Shown piece by piece: positions 1 through 13,630 of a stretch of 64,000 nucleotides of DNA. The position numbers were made by a program, and so were the translations under genes. The stretch comes from Felis catus (Eukaryota): assembly GCF_018350175.1 (NCBI RefSeq), contig NC_058368.1, positions 232,130,001 to 232,194,000 of the forward strand, given 5' to 3'. Position 1 is the first letter of the stretch. Every line of letters begins with the position of its first letter. The notes below the pieces were generated by a model. That model was not told where the DNA came from. It searched no databases and saw nothing but the letters and a program-made list of their open reading frames with translations.

Positions 1-329
1 TTGGAAACTACACTTTAAAATGAATTTTTATTGTGGAACATTGCAGATATAGACAAGGGTAAAGAAAATTCTATGAAACTCTACGTATTCAGCAGTCGGT
101 TAAAAAAGGTGCCAATCTTTTTGCAAATCTTGTTTCTGTTCCCTTATCCACTTCCCCCATGCCTGTCCCAGCCCCAGATGATAATGAAGGAGATCTCAGA
201 AAACAGGTCCTATATCGTCTTTCAGTATTTAAGTTGAATTCTGTACTTTTGAGTTATAGGCAATCATAAAGAAGAGGAAAGAGGCCAGAATAGTCGGAAC
301 AATCAGATGCCATATTGTCCGAGACACAA

Positions 330-640
330 GATGAAGAACTTGGATACATTGGTCTAGAGAGGGGAAGACCCAGGGGGACAATTTAGGGGCTCATAACCAA
401 GAGAGGTACAACAATGTGGAAGAAGGCAAAGGATTTATCTTGGTGTCTCCAAGGCATAGAACCAGAACTAACGGGTAAAAGCTGTGGGATGATAGATGTT
501 AGCTCAGTTTAAGAAAGAACTTCCTGCACTCAAGCGGGCCAGAGACTCCATGGATGGCGCCCAAAATTGGTGTTTTCCACCAACCAGGTTTATCAAGCAG
601 ACAGAGCCACAGCTCTGGCAGATAGAGGGTGTTTAGGTGA
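330..640 (+). mobile_element. Ancient L3/CR1 LINE 3' fragment
   Basis: agaaccagaactaacgggtaaaagctg...gatgttagctcagtttaagaaagaacttcct...tcaagcag resembles the recalled L3/CR1 3' consensus. Confidence 0.55.
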
Positions 641-814
641 GATTTGGTGTCACGTGGGTCTCTCCAAACCAAAGAGCCCCTGTGAGGTGTGGTTGGATTC
701 TCAGTTCACCCTTTGTTTGGATGAAATAAGAATCGAATCTTTTCTGAGTATGAAAGCCAGATCAGAGCTTCATCCGCTATTTGTAGTTGAAACATGTAGG
801 TCCAGGGACAGATC

Positions 815-934
815 CCAGGGTTTTGAGCCAGCAACTTGGGACTCCATCCTGATTCTGCCACTTTCTAGCTGGGTACAACTCAGTGAGGCATTCACCTTCT
901 GTCTGCACCCGAGGCTCCTAATCTGTAAAATGGG
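815..934 (+). mobile_element. MIR fragment, interrupted by a CAN-SINE
   Basis: cctgattctgccactttctagctgggt...atctgtaaaatggg is the MIR core motif. Confidence 0.65.
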
Positions 935-1179
935 TTTTTGTTTTGTTTTGTTTTTTTAATTTTTTTTGTTTTTTTTCAACGTTTATTTATTTTGGGGACA
1001 GAGAGAGACAGAGCATGAACGGGGGAGGGGCAGAGAGAGAGGGAGACACAGAATCGGAAACAGGCTCCAGGCTCTGAGCCATCAGCCCAGAGCCTGACGC
1101 GGGGCTCGAACTCACGGACCGCGAGATCGTGACCTGGCTGAAGTCGGACGCTTAACCGACTGCGCCACCCAGGCGCCCC
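935..1179 (-). mobile_element. CAN-SINE (SINEC_Fc, young)
   Basis: Reverse-strand ggggcgcctgggtggcgcagtcggttaagcgtccgact head, (CT)n tract and A-rich tail. Flanked by aaaatggg(g)ttttt on both sides. Confidence 0.95.
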
Positions 1180-4100
1180 AAAATGGGGTTTTTAAGAAGT
1201 TTTCTGAGAATTACATAAGGGGCCATAATTGAAGTCTCTTTTCTTTATTCTGCAGTCTGTTGGATGCTTGGGAGTGTTTAAATTTACTGTTCCAATGTCC
1301 AGAGCTTCCCAAACATCCATGTGAATATTGTATTAATGCGGTTGTATTCATATTAATTTGTTCAGCCGTATTACTGGGGGTATGATGATGAGATGTACAT
1401 GATCTTTCCAGAGGAGGCTAGAATTTGGTGGACATTCTGGGCTAGGTCAAATTCTCTTCATTACTTTGGAGAAATCAGGATATTCTTAATTTCACCATGC
1501 TTGTGTCCTCCCGTCCAAAGAGAATGGCTCCAATCATCCCATTGCTATAATCTTCCCCCATTCTTTCTCATAGGGACAGGGAGAGGTTGTTTTAAAGATA
1601 AAATATGTTTTTTCTAGTGTAACCTCAAGGGACCTGATAAAAGTTTCCACTGCAGCCAAAAATTACACTAAACAACAACGGCTTATTTAACCAAGCATTA
1701 CATCATTATATTGACAGAGACCGTAAATGTGAAACAGTCGTTTAGGGAATCATAGCCTTCTAGAGGTTGTCACACATAACAGGATGCCCCCCCCCCAATC
1801 AGGTTTCTCTTCATCTCCTTTATTAATAGTATTTACGAGTGGAAGTTGGCCAGTGGATTCTATTTATGGGATACCTGGAAAGTACAGAAACACTCTTGTG
1901 CTTTGGACGTGCCCTGGCTAACCGACGTGTCACGTTATCTGAAACATCAAAACGAAACCCAAAACCGTGGACAAGAATGTTTTCTCCTTGGAAACATCAA
2001 CCTGTATTCGGAGACTTATGCCATCCCGGTTGTCCTAAAACGCCCTCTGGGCAGACACAGAGTCAGCAGCATTTGGAAGGCACGCAGTGTGGAAGGAGCA
2101 CTGATGCTCTTTGTTCCAGAGCAGGTTGGGAAATGTGAGATAAATGGATTTTGTTTTGTGTGGTGGTGGGCGAAGATGTGGGAGAGGCTTGGAAGGAGAG
2201 GGTGTTGTGCGGCCAGGAATGTTAACGCTTAGCAATTCCTCTTTGGTCTTCCTCCGCAAAACACCGCCTTTCGCCCCAACGGCATTTTTCAGATGCCAGG
2301 CCCTCGACGTGAGAACACGGCATGCCAGCTGAGTGCCGGACATTCCCAGCGGGTGCGGGGTGTGGAGCTGGCTAGCGTGTGCTGCTCCTGTGTCTGGAGC
2401 CCAGACGTTCAGTGTGGGTAGACACCAGTCCCGGGAGGGCCTGGAAGGAAGCTGAGGGGGCAGCTTACTTGAATTTAGTTTAACATAACCCAGGAGGTGA
2501 TGACTATTTTAATTGCCTTCTGTCCACCTACGTGGGGAGGGAGGAAGTCCTCTGCCTCATTGCCTCGGGATTGTGGGGACACAGGGCACTGGGCACTGGA
2601 CAGTCAGGATGACAGCAGTTCATTTGTCTCAAAGCCCAGTGTAGGGGGACACTGCACGCCATGCAGGGCCACACGGGGTTCAGAGCAAAGAACGGGGCAG
2701 AGGGTGCGGCTTTTCTAGTATCAAGAGGTTGGGGTGCCCTGATCCCCGCAGCATGACATGCTGGGCTCGCTTGAATAATTGCAGGGGCTGACAGCGCTGG
2801 GGGAGCAGGGACAGTGCCTTGTCTTGTGACAAGGAGGGTCGTTTGTCTAGGGGGCCTTAGCCTTGGTAACACATCAGGGAGGGGAACCAGCAGTTTGACC
2901 ATTTGAGACCCTCCCAGGTCCCCAGGTATCCAGGCAGCATAAAATCGTAGGCTTTAATTTTAGACCTTACACCGCCATGCCTGAAAAGGAAAAAAGAAAA
3001 AAAAAAAAAAAGGAGGAAAGAGAGAGAGAGAAAGAAAGAACACGTACACTCATTTGTAATCCCAGTGGGCCAGTTGCTTATTGTTTCAGTCACTCAGCTC
3101 CCATATTAGTACTTTCCCCACGTTTCTACTCCTAAATATTAAAGTGCATATACATTGCAGCGAAAAATCCCGAGAGTGAGATAGAAGGAATTTCAGATCA
3201 AAGACCATCTTTGTTCACCTTTTGGGGGGCTCAACATAAGGGATAAGTTACTGGGTAGGTGGAGATACTTGATTCTTGGCCACCTGCCACCGTCCCTTCC
3301 TCCAGCTCCCCCCACCTAACCGGTCACACACGACATCTCCTCGTGGAGCTGTTCTTTGCTGTCACTGTCATTAACAAGCTATCCACATTATTAAGCGGAA
3401 GATAGCTTTCTTTGTCCTCCACCAGGGATATACAAAATGATAAACCTAGAGCTCCGCTTCCTGTTGTGATGGGTCCTGTGTGACCCATCCTTGGTCTCCA
3501 GGGTCCACTGGGGGAACAGCCGGCCAATACCCGCAGGTGCGCTCAGAGGCTGTGTGAGCACGAGGGTGTTCACGCTTCAGACCAGCCTAGACTCTCAAAG
3601 CTGAGAACGATAGGCTGTGCTCTTTTCCACCGATTCATTTGACCCCAAATTGAATTCATTTTCCTGGAAAGTGGTTCCCTGAATGTTCGGCCATATTTTA
3701 ACTTCAGATGCTTGGCTGCTCTGGGATTTGCTTGGAGCATTATGAGAACACAACGTGTCCTTCACTTGGAGGCTGGGTGGTTGGTTTTCCGACTTCTGTT
3801 CATCACCTGCCTCCCCTCCTGCCTTCAGTGTGCCCATCTGCTCTCTCTTTCCTGGCCTTTGTTCCCTTTCTTCCTCCCCTCCTTCCCTGCCCCCATTTCT
3901 GTCTGTCATCTGTCTTCACGCGGTACAAGCCATATCCCTCTTGGCTTATAGACATGTGTGGGCAAATAAGAGAGACTTTTACATAGGAACTAATAGACGT
4001 AAATGGAAACCGAAATGATCGGTTTTGATGGTATGTGTTTTGTTTTTGTCCATTCTTCTGACATAATTCCCCCAAACAGACTTGGGCTTGTGTGTGTTTG

Positions 4101-4609
4101 CGTCTTGCATGATGAGTCCATATTTCCTAAAAAGATGCTCGGCACCTAGCCACCATTTGAGAGTTTCTAATCTTCCAATCAGTTTAAAGGCAACAACCAA
4201 AGTAGACTCACAAGCTAAATTCTTCTCACCAGTCTGTGCAGGGGAGGTGGGGAGAGATGAGGCGAGGGTGCGTGTGAGAGAAGAGAAGTCCTAGCACTTG
4301 CGGCCCCTTTCTGCAAGGAGGCATGCAGAGAAACACCCAAGTGAGTGGGGCAACGTGGGCCTGGACGGACATCTTTTAGAGCAGCTCAGGTGGTTATCAA
4401 TCCCCGTGTGATCAATGAGAGTAGTTGGATTTTTACCAGGTGATCCCATGATGAAGAACTAGTATGGGTCACAGCCATTAAAGACCATGTTTTCTTTTGT
4501 TTTGCAAGAACTTAAATTCAAGTCCTAGAAAAAGGTTAATGGCTGTATTCAAATGTCCTGATGGCTCTGGGGGCCCTGGCAGGACAGATAGGAAGAGGGG
4601 GGAGTGTTT

Positions 4610-5496
4610 TATTCCTTTATCATCAGATCTGTTTCTACTTATAACACTTCTGACATCCGTGGGGGTTTTCCCACACCAACTAATTCTACACCTCCCTGGA
4701 CACCAGCTGGGTGTCCTAAAATTCAGTTTATTCTGACATTAGCTTCCCGGAATTCCTCAAACCCCACAGATTAAGAACGCAGTCCCCCAAGCCTGATCTT
4801 CGCTTCAGATGCCAGGCACAAGTCCAGATTGTCACCTGCACTTCTGACCAACCTGCTCTAAATCACGGCTGCCCTCCACCCCCTCCTTGGGCTCGATAAT
4901 TTGCTAGAAATGGCTCATATCACTCAGGAGAACACTTGACCTAAATTCGCCCGTGTATTATAAAAGATGTGAGTCAGGGACATCCAAGTGAAAGAGATGC
5001 ATGGGACAAAGTAATGCGGGTCGTGGTGCATGGTAGGTCCAGTTACCCTCCGGGCACCTCGAGGTGTTTATCAACCCAGAAGCTATCTGACCCTCATCAT
5101 GGAATACATTTATGGGGGTTTCATTACATCACCACGATTAATCCGATCATGGTTATTGATGAGTGAACTCCATTTTCAGCCTTCTTCCCCTTCCTGGAAG
5201 TTCACGGGTGGGGATGTCAGTTCCAACCCCCTGATCCCCATTGGCGATTGCTTTTCTGGAGAGGCATCCGCCATCCTGAAGCTATCCTGGGGCCCCTGCC
5301 AGCAGTCATGTCATGAGCATAAACTTAGGTGTGGTTGAAAGGACCTCGTTACGAATAACCAAGCACGTTCCTATCAGAAGTGTGTTCCTATCACTCCCGA
5401 AATTCCAAGAGTTTTCAGGGCTCTGTGTCCAGAACTGGGAGTGCGGGAGGGAACAAAGACCAAGGATGTTTTCTCAGGAAATCACACATTGATAAC
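4610..5496 (-). mobile_element. MER21-like solo LTR
   Basis: caccagctgggtgtcct...attcag, cttcagatgcc...aagtcc, ttgctagaa..ggctca, ggaaattccaag-like and aaagacca motifs. Homologous to 60908-61650. Confidence 0.7.
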
Positions 5497-5604
5497 AAAT
5501 TCTCAACAATTTCTTCACGCACAGAACTCTTTGCTCCAGCTTTTTCCAAATATCGCAATCAGCAACTTAACATGCTGAACAGATTTTGTAGGTTTTGTTT
5601 TTAG

Positions 5605-5658
5605 GTTTTTTTTTTTCCTTTCCTTTCTTTTCTTTCTTTTCTTTTTTTTTTTTTTTTT
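5605..5658 (+). repeat. T-rich/(TTTC)n low-complexity tract
   Basis: Seen directly in the sequence. Confidence 0.8.
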
Positions 5659-8600
5659 GGCAGACATCTGTATCTTTCTTTTTCCTGAATGAATGGATTC
5701 AGCTTTTCTAAACATTTGGAATTCCTTAGACATTTATATGAAATTTTATTTTCAAATCTCCCTTAGAGCAAAAAAAAAAAAAAATCCTGCCAACACACGT
5801 GGAAACATTTGTTATTATGAACCTTCCAGGAGTATTAAAAGCAAACTTTTGCCCAGTAGCTGTTTGCCTGTCTCCCTTCCATTGTAGCCCTATTTCCAAG
5901 CTAAACACACATACCTGGAGGACGAGGATGGGATTAACAAGGGAGTTTTAAAAAATAATTAAAATCAATAAACGGTTAACAATTCTGCAGGCTTACTGTG
6001 TGCAGACTGTATATTTGGTGCCGTTTACAAATTCTCCTTGTTGCTCACACGGCCCTTGGGGCTGTTACTGTTTATTATATCCATCAAGCAATGAGGAATG
6101 ATGGGGGAGAGAGAAATAGAGAGACTCAATGAAACCACGTAGCCAGGATTCTGCCCAGGTCTCTGAGCCCCCAGGTAAACGCAAGGGTGGCCGGAGCAGG
6201 ACTTGCACTGTCTTTACGAACCGGGAGAGAGGGACCCTGCGACGTTGCCTTCGAGCCTGCGAGGGGAGAAGACCGACGGACAGCCAGACCCGCTGTCTCC
6301 CCATCTCCTTGATCAGCAGCCTACCTGCCTGCCTATCTGTCTTCATTAGGTAACCAGGCACCGTCCCCGAGACTCAGTACATTTGATCAGTACGTTTTTA
6401 ATCCAATAGCCAAGATTTTTATCGCAGAGTAGAATTTCGCTTCGCCGAGCCTTCTAATTGAAGAACGGATATGAATGTGTAGAGTTCTGCCTGGAGCTAG
6501 CACTCGAGAACCCAGTTGAAGAGAAGGGGGTGAGACTTGTAACTTCTGTGGAGATTCCTTCCAAAGGAGCGTGAATATTTCTATTTTATTTTAGCGACCT
6601 GACATCTGACAACTCTTCTCCCCAGCGTTCCTCCTCAACCATGTTTCAGTATTCAGCCTGAATGAGCATCCAATAAATGCAGGCCTCTCGGTTTTGCTCC
6701 GAATGCCAGCAGCTGGTCATTGGGCTCAGAGATGGCTCCATGACCACCCTGCCCATTGGCTCTACCTGTCTGCCTCCTGGGGGCCTCTGCCGCTGTGTGC
6801 AGAACTGTCCAGAGGGGCCCCCCGCCTCTGCTCACCCTTGTGTATTCCCTACTTGTGAACCTTGCCGACACATCCCATTCATGGCCCTTGAAGTTGCCGC
6901 TGGGAACCATCTGGAAGTCATGGCCAGCCACAGGATGCAATGCCGATGGTTCTCGTGGTTGAATGCCTTACAAGTAATGTGGCGGAAGGAAGGGGCTAGA
7001 GAGCTTCATTTATCCTAAACACTATTCACTGGCCTCCTGTGCCGCAAGGAGAAATTATAATTAATTTTTTAGAGCCATGCGGAGTCCCGGTCTCTGATAT
7101 AAACCACATGTTTTGTTTTGGAGCTGACCGTGTTGATGGACATTTTCAGGTATAACACAGAACCTGTTACTTCATTTGATGGGCTGTCAGTGAAATTTAA
7201 TTTGGTCTGAGAAAAGATTACATATACGAGTGTTTATATGAAATTATATATACATATGTGTCTATGAAATATATAGTCTGTTTGCCGGGCGTGCTGGGCT
7301 TTACTTTGCCCCCTTAGAATAGTTTTGTGGCTGTTTCTCCAGTGTGCTAGTACGTGCTTCGTGTATCCTATTGAAAGGAAAAGGCGTTCTGACTTTCATC
7401 CATAGGGCAGTTTGAAGGTATTCAGTACAGGCTGCAGTGAGGAGGTAATGCAGGGTTTTTTCTGTTTCTTACCGGGTGAAGGAGTCCTTCTCTGGCTTTG
7501 CTGCCATATTGAAACCTCTTTGAGGCCAGGTGTTGACTCTAGGGTTACGATGGACATGGCACTTTGTGGTTCACTGCTGAATTTCCTTGACCTCAGTGTC
7601 ACGGGGCTCAAGCCACGTGTCTGTGTGTTAGAGCAGATCATGCCTCCCCCTGAACAAGGGCGTTTCACCGAAGGGTTTGGGGTACCCTTCGTGATACTTG
7701 TAATACAGCCGGCACCTGGGCACAGCCCCTGCCTGTTAACCAGCTTTGGGGAATGCAGGCTTATCATTGAGCTATTGTGACTTCTGGTTTGATTCCCTTC
7801 CCCAAAAAGCGCAAAACAATAAGCCAGAACGACCCATGTGAGCCACCCTCAGGTCACTGCACGCCCTTTGTTTCCAAGCAAAGATGAATGTGAGTGTCAC
7901 GAGAAAGCGTGCGTTGTCTTTACCCCCAACCCAGCTCCTTTCCTGGACGGTGGAATACTTCTCCATCGCACCAGCACCGTCTGAATGGAGCGTCTCAAAC
8001 TGTGTATCTGATCGTGGTTCCGTCTTCGATCCTGCACCTGCTTGCCGACCTCGGGCCGTCGTTTGTAATGCCCCGTGCCTCAGTTTCCCCTGCCCCTAAC
8101 TGTGGCTGTGTCTTAATGTATTATGTCATCTTAGGGCTTAAAAGGCTTAAATGCAAAACATCCTATTTTCACACGACATCATATAAGGGGCTTCTCTTCA
8201 TCTAAGAGACAGGACAGGATGTCCCTGTCCCCCTTTCCAGCTTCGAAGCCCTCTGACCCCCACCGCTCCTCGCCGGCTTCCGCACACACATCTCTCCCAG
8301 ATCCGTGAGCACGAGGTGGCTTTTCACTCCTAACAGACCTTGCACGTGTGGTTACCTGTGTCTAGCAAGCACGTGCCCCTTGCAGCTGCCAGGACAATCT
8401 CCAGTCTCTGTGCCCCTTTGCTCACGTGGCAGCTTGGCTGTGTCCTTCTGTGACTCCCCATCTTCGTCACCCTGTGTGTTCCCTTCTCGGTGTTCTCACA
8501 CCATGTACGTTTACTTCCCGAGTTGTGTTCCAATTACTCCCTTTTCTCTCACTTTTGTCAGGCCGAGAATTTCTAAAGTGCAGGAGGCTTTAGAAAGGAT

Positions 8601-10405
8601 CGTACTGTAACTCCAATTCTGTCCTATAATAGGTGCTCAGTAAAGATTAGTTGAGTATACTTACAAGTTAAGATGCATTACAAAGAAATCAACTGGATAA
8701 TGAACATCGCCTGGGTTTGGGTGTTTCCTTGACATGGAACCGATAAAAATGATTACATATGGATGACGTAGGGTTTCTACCCATATTTCGTATATCGTGA
8801 GTTTATTAGTATTAAACACAGGCTTCAATGACCGTCCTTCGTGTTTTCAGGCATCAGAGGAGAAACTTCACTTTGTCCTCTTAGGATTATTATGCAATAA
8901 CACTTTTGTTGATCACTGGTGTGAAGGGAATATAAAAGTTACTCTGTAAGCTAAGAGTTTCCTTTCCCTGAGACTCCTCCTTATTTAAAGGAAAAGCAAA
9001 GATTGGAAGAGATGGCCTAGGGATGAAATCTTTGGAAATGCCCAGAGTCTGGTGCCTAAAAAAGGTGAGATTCTGAGATTTTGTAGATCACATTTGAACT
9101 TGCTGCATCCATTTTTTAAGATTCAATTAAAATTGGGTAATTAAGCATCATGTGTTGGTCGAATCACCCAGATTGCGTATTAGCATGAACACAAATCTAA
9201 CTAATTATGAATGACATTTGTCAAAATACCATAGAAGGTAAGCCAATCAACGTAGTTATAAATAGACTGATAAGGTCTTTGAGTATACAAAGAAAATGAT
9301 TGAAGACACTGGAACAGAGATAGTTCTCAAAACCAGAAATCATTTCTAAATTAAAAAGCAATTAAATATTGTTTAATTGCTATTTGGATGTATGTGTATG
9401 TGGCTTGATTTTCACAGCTACAACAATCCTAAGAAAATAATTAAGAGACTAATTATCCATCATCATAGTCCATTAAATCAGTTGCCCTTGAGAGTGCATC
9501 TAGATGTACATGGGGGAAAGTTATCTTATTTAGAGAAACAAAGAAGAAAAATCTACTTCTCTTAATATTCAGCATAATTAGACCTCTAGGCCTTAGGAAG
9601 TGAGGATAACTCTGTTAGCATGATTTATTTCAGAGGTATTAGAGGTCTTAGGGTATGACTGTCCTAGAAAATACTACAGTGAAAGCACAGTGCTTCTGTA
9701 CAGCCTATGTGATGACTTTGGGAGGAATGTTAGGTTTCACCCTTTAATAGTGAACTACTAAATAATCTCAACCTTGAGACCATTTAGGGAGACTCCCAAA
9801 GGCTGGATCCTCCAGTAAGACAACAGCGATAGGAATCCTTACATTGTTTGGGGTTGAGAAATTGAGACTGGGAGAAAAGATGGGCTAGTTCCCCACAAGG
9901 GTATGAACTCAGGAGTGTTCTAGGTGCCACCATTCCTGTCCTTGTCTTCCCTGGCCCTGGTAGTGTCCCTTCAATGGTCTGTCAAACCTTCTTAGAGTTC
10001 TTCTGCTCTGTGCTATGAGAGGAAGGGGTTGGCCTCCATGTTGCCTATGGGGAGGTAAGGATTAGCCTTTCACTTGAATGGGAGGGACATAGAGTCTTAG
10101 AATCTAAGATTGGAAATTCCAGTGTGTTTTTTAGCTGTGCTTGCATAATGCTTGGGTTCTTTATCTCATATCCAGGACACTGGGCTCTGTTGACCTCGGT
10201 GCTTATCAACTTCTGTGCTATCTCCGCGGGATAGTGTTTTTTTCATTTTCCCAAATCCAACATATAAAATTACTTTGGGAATATAACCCAGTGTGTTAAT
10301 AAACTACCTGTATGTATTTTAATAATCTTTACCCCAATGTAATGTGCTGGAAGATGGGACTGTATCCACACTTGTCCATTCATACATGCTCTTAGTCTTG
10401 CCTTT

Positions 10406-10626
10406 TTTTTTTTTAAGTCTATTCATTTATTTTGAGAGAGAGAAAGAGAGAACACACATGAACAGGGGAGGGGCAGAGAATAAGAGAGAGAGAGAGAATC
10501 CCAAGCAGGCTCCACACTGTTAACATGGAGCCCGATGTGGGGCTGGAACCCATGAACCATGAGATCATGACCTGAGCTGCAATCAAAAGTCAGACGCTTA
10601 ACTGACTAAGCCACCCGGGTGCACCT
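10406..10626 (-). mobile_element. CAN-SINE
   Basis: SINE body with TSD gtcttgccttt (10395-10405 and 10627-10637). Confidence 0.92.
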
Positions 10627-11054
10627 GTCTTGCCTTTGATATAATTTCACGTGGGTTTAGGTAATTACACAGACTTGCAGAGTCCTGGGCTATTCTCAGG
10701 TACATCTACTTTTGTGTTTTCTGTGCCCTTTCAGAACTCGGGCTCGTGGAGGAACTTCGCCAACCAACACATCCAAGCGAATGAGTACATATGGAATTCA
10801 CATTGAAACCTTAATGGTTTTGTCACAATCTCAGTAGTGACCAAGTGAAGAGACATCATCTGTCCAAACAAACCATTTTATTTCTTGTTTCCCCACCAAA
10901 GATCTTTTCCCATTTATTAGAAAGAAAAACAACATATTTTATTTCCTCTGACAAGTTCAAAGCAAGCCAACTCACTCTTTCAGTAGGACCCTGGTGAGGT
11001 AGGAAGGAATTAGGAGTTCTGGGAGGTCCTGGCACCCCACTCACTGAGAGATGG

Positions 11055-11235
11055 GGTCAAAGCACATGGATGCTGAAACCAGACGACCCCAGTTCAAATC
11101 CCATGTCATCCATTTAATAGGTTGGTGACATTTGGTGAGTCACTTTTCTCTGCCACCTGCTGTATAGGGTCAGCCTGATTCAAGTGCCTGTTTCTTGTAG
11201 TTATTGGGAAGGTAGTGGATGTAGTGTTGGGCAGA
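11055..11235 (+). mobile_element. MIR fragment
   Basis: aagcacatggatgctgaaaccagac...agttcaaatccc...ggtgacatttggtgagtcactt. Confidence 0.55.
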
Positions 11236-12499
11236 AAAGCGTTGGGCATCATCCCCATCAGGAACTCTGGGATATTTTCCCTAATGTATCTTGTTGGTAT
11301 TCTTTTAGGGTATTTACTGTCTCACATTTTCTGATTTCTGGTTTCTGCTGTTCCCTTTCTCCTCTATGTATCAGTTTTGCTTGGACCATTGTGTCAACTC
11401 CAGATTGAGCGAGAGCTTTCTGCATTACAGGTTTATCTGTTCAGTCTCCTTGAACTTGCTATGTTGACCCAAGAAGTGGGCAGTGGTGAATTCATTCAGA
11501 GTCAACACTTGACATATCATAGACCCAAAGTATTCCCTAAAAATGGCATTAAATTTCCTCTGTGGGTATTGAGAATTATAATTGAGACCCAAGTATACCT
11601 GAAACTCAAGCATTAATTCTGGAATTTGGTTGGTTTGGAGGCAGAATAAATATTAGCTTTTTAATAGCGTACTTCTTCCTGAATTTTTCACATAGGTGAA
11701 AATCTAAGCCTAACCGATATGAAAGCTTAATTTTTCTTGTTTTCTGTTTTTCTTGTATGCTTGTGTTTTCTAGTATTTTTCCAGTTACAAATTTCAACTT
11801 CTTTAGCTTTGCTAAATGTCCTGTAAGTCAAGGGTTATAAGTTTCCCATCATTTTTCATTTCGGTTTGTACCATGTATCTTCTACTTAATCTCATTTGTT
11901 TGATTTAGGACACAGAATCCCAAGCAAATAAGTCATGCTCATACGACTTTAAAAGCGAAGTTCCTGTGTGAGACTAGTATGAATTCCTATACTGTTAGCA
12001 GTATCTTTCCTGTAATGAATATGGTTTGCTTGGTTGATTGTTTTTTTTTTTTTTTTTTTCAGTTACTTTTGAAAAACCAGAAGGTATTGCCAATGAACTA
12101 AAAGTGTATTTGGTTCAAAAATGTGGTGGTCTAAATATTCCACGATTTTTTTTTTTTTTGGCCAACTACTTTGCTATTTTGGAAATAGGTTTATTATCCT
12201 GTTATGTTTTTCTTCAACCAGCGTTGTAAAGGTAGTTTTATTTTTGTAAGATTAGAGCTACTTATGGGGGTGGAAAGAAGGCCTTCCAGAATCACGCATG
12301 GAGCTCTGTCCAACCAAAGTCCATTCCCAAAGGGTGGGAATGAGTTTCCCATTAGAAATTAGACAAACTTGGGCCACTGATGTCCACCCAGCTGTCAAGT
12401 CAGGTATGTGGCATCTCCCCTCATCGCAGCATCTACTTTTTCAGCAGGAGAGTTCTTCCTGCTGAGTAGCGGGTTACCCGTTCCATCTGTGGTCATCCG

Positions 12500-12950
12500 G
12501 TTGTCCCTACTTATCTCAGCCTGTCACCATCTGCCTGCCGGTTGCCTGCAGTAGCCTCTAAACCAATCTCCTGTTCACCCACTGCTCTCCATCCCAGGCC
12601 TTAGCACACCCCAGAAGTCTTTCTCAGTTACTCATCTCACCATGCTGGGATCTTACCAACTTACCCATGACTTTTCCTGGCTCATGAAAATCTCTGAACT
12701 CGGCATGGATCGGGAGTCCCGTCTTGAGCTGCATGCCAGCCTGTAAACCCACATCCCTCTCCAGTCCCTACCTTAGTGACTTTTAGTTCCTCCCACACAT
12801 ACACTTTCTTATCATTCCAGGCTCTGAGCTGGCTGCTTCACCTGTTTTTCCCGAACACCCCCTCTTCCATCTACGTCAGTCCCTTCACAATCCAGCTCAA
12901 GCTCTGCTGCCTTGGGAACTTCCTTTGATTCATCCCTCCCCATATCTGGG
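12500..12950 (+). mobile_element. L2 LINE fragment
   Basis: caccatct...ctgcagtagcctctaaaccaatctcctg and ccttcacaatccagctcaag resemble the L2 3' region. Confidence 0.5.
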
Positions 12951-13165
12951 CCAGGTGTTCCCTTCACTGCTCCCCAAACTACAGCATGCACCCCTCAACA
13001 GCTCCTTGATATCAGGGACTACATCTTTCATATTTACAGGGACCGACTCCAATATTGGGCAGAAACATGGAGGGGAATTTATCCATATGATGACATTAAA
13101 ATTATTTGTCTGGAGGGGTGTGTGTGTATATGTGTGCATACGTATGGTTCATGTATACATATGCC

Positions 13166-13630
13166 TATATTCATTTTGTATCACTGCTGGGACAAATGAA
13201 CACAAACTTGGTGACTTAAAGCAACAGAAATTTATTCTGTCATAGTCCTAGAGGCCGGGAGTCCACAATGATTATTCTGGAAGATCAAGGTGTCTCGTAG
13301 GCTGCGCTTCTAGGGGAGAATCTCTTCTTTGCCTCTTCTAGATTCTGGTGGCTGCTGGCCTTCCTTGACTTGTGGCTGTGTCACTGCGATCTGCCTCGGG
13401 GTCACATTGCCTTCTCTGGGCACGTCAGGTCCTCCTCTGCCTCCTTCGGCAGGGTACACTTTGTTGCATTTAGGAGCCCTTCGAATAATCCAGGATAATT
13501 TCCCCATCTCGAGATTCTTAATGCAATCCCACTGCAAAGTCCTTTTTTTTTCCCATATAAGGCAATATTCATAGGTTCTAGGGAATAGGATGTGGCTATC
13601 TTTTGTGGGGCCACCATTCAGTGCACCACA
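13166..13630 (-). mobile_element. MaLR solo LTR (MLT1C-like)
   Basis: cacaaacttggtgacttaaagcaacagaaatttattct...ataatccaggataat...ccattcagtgcaccaca. Near-perfect 5-bp TSD atgcc/atgtc. Confidence 0.85.
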
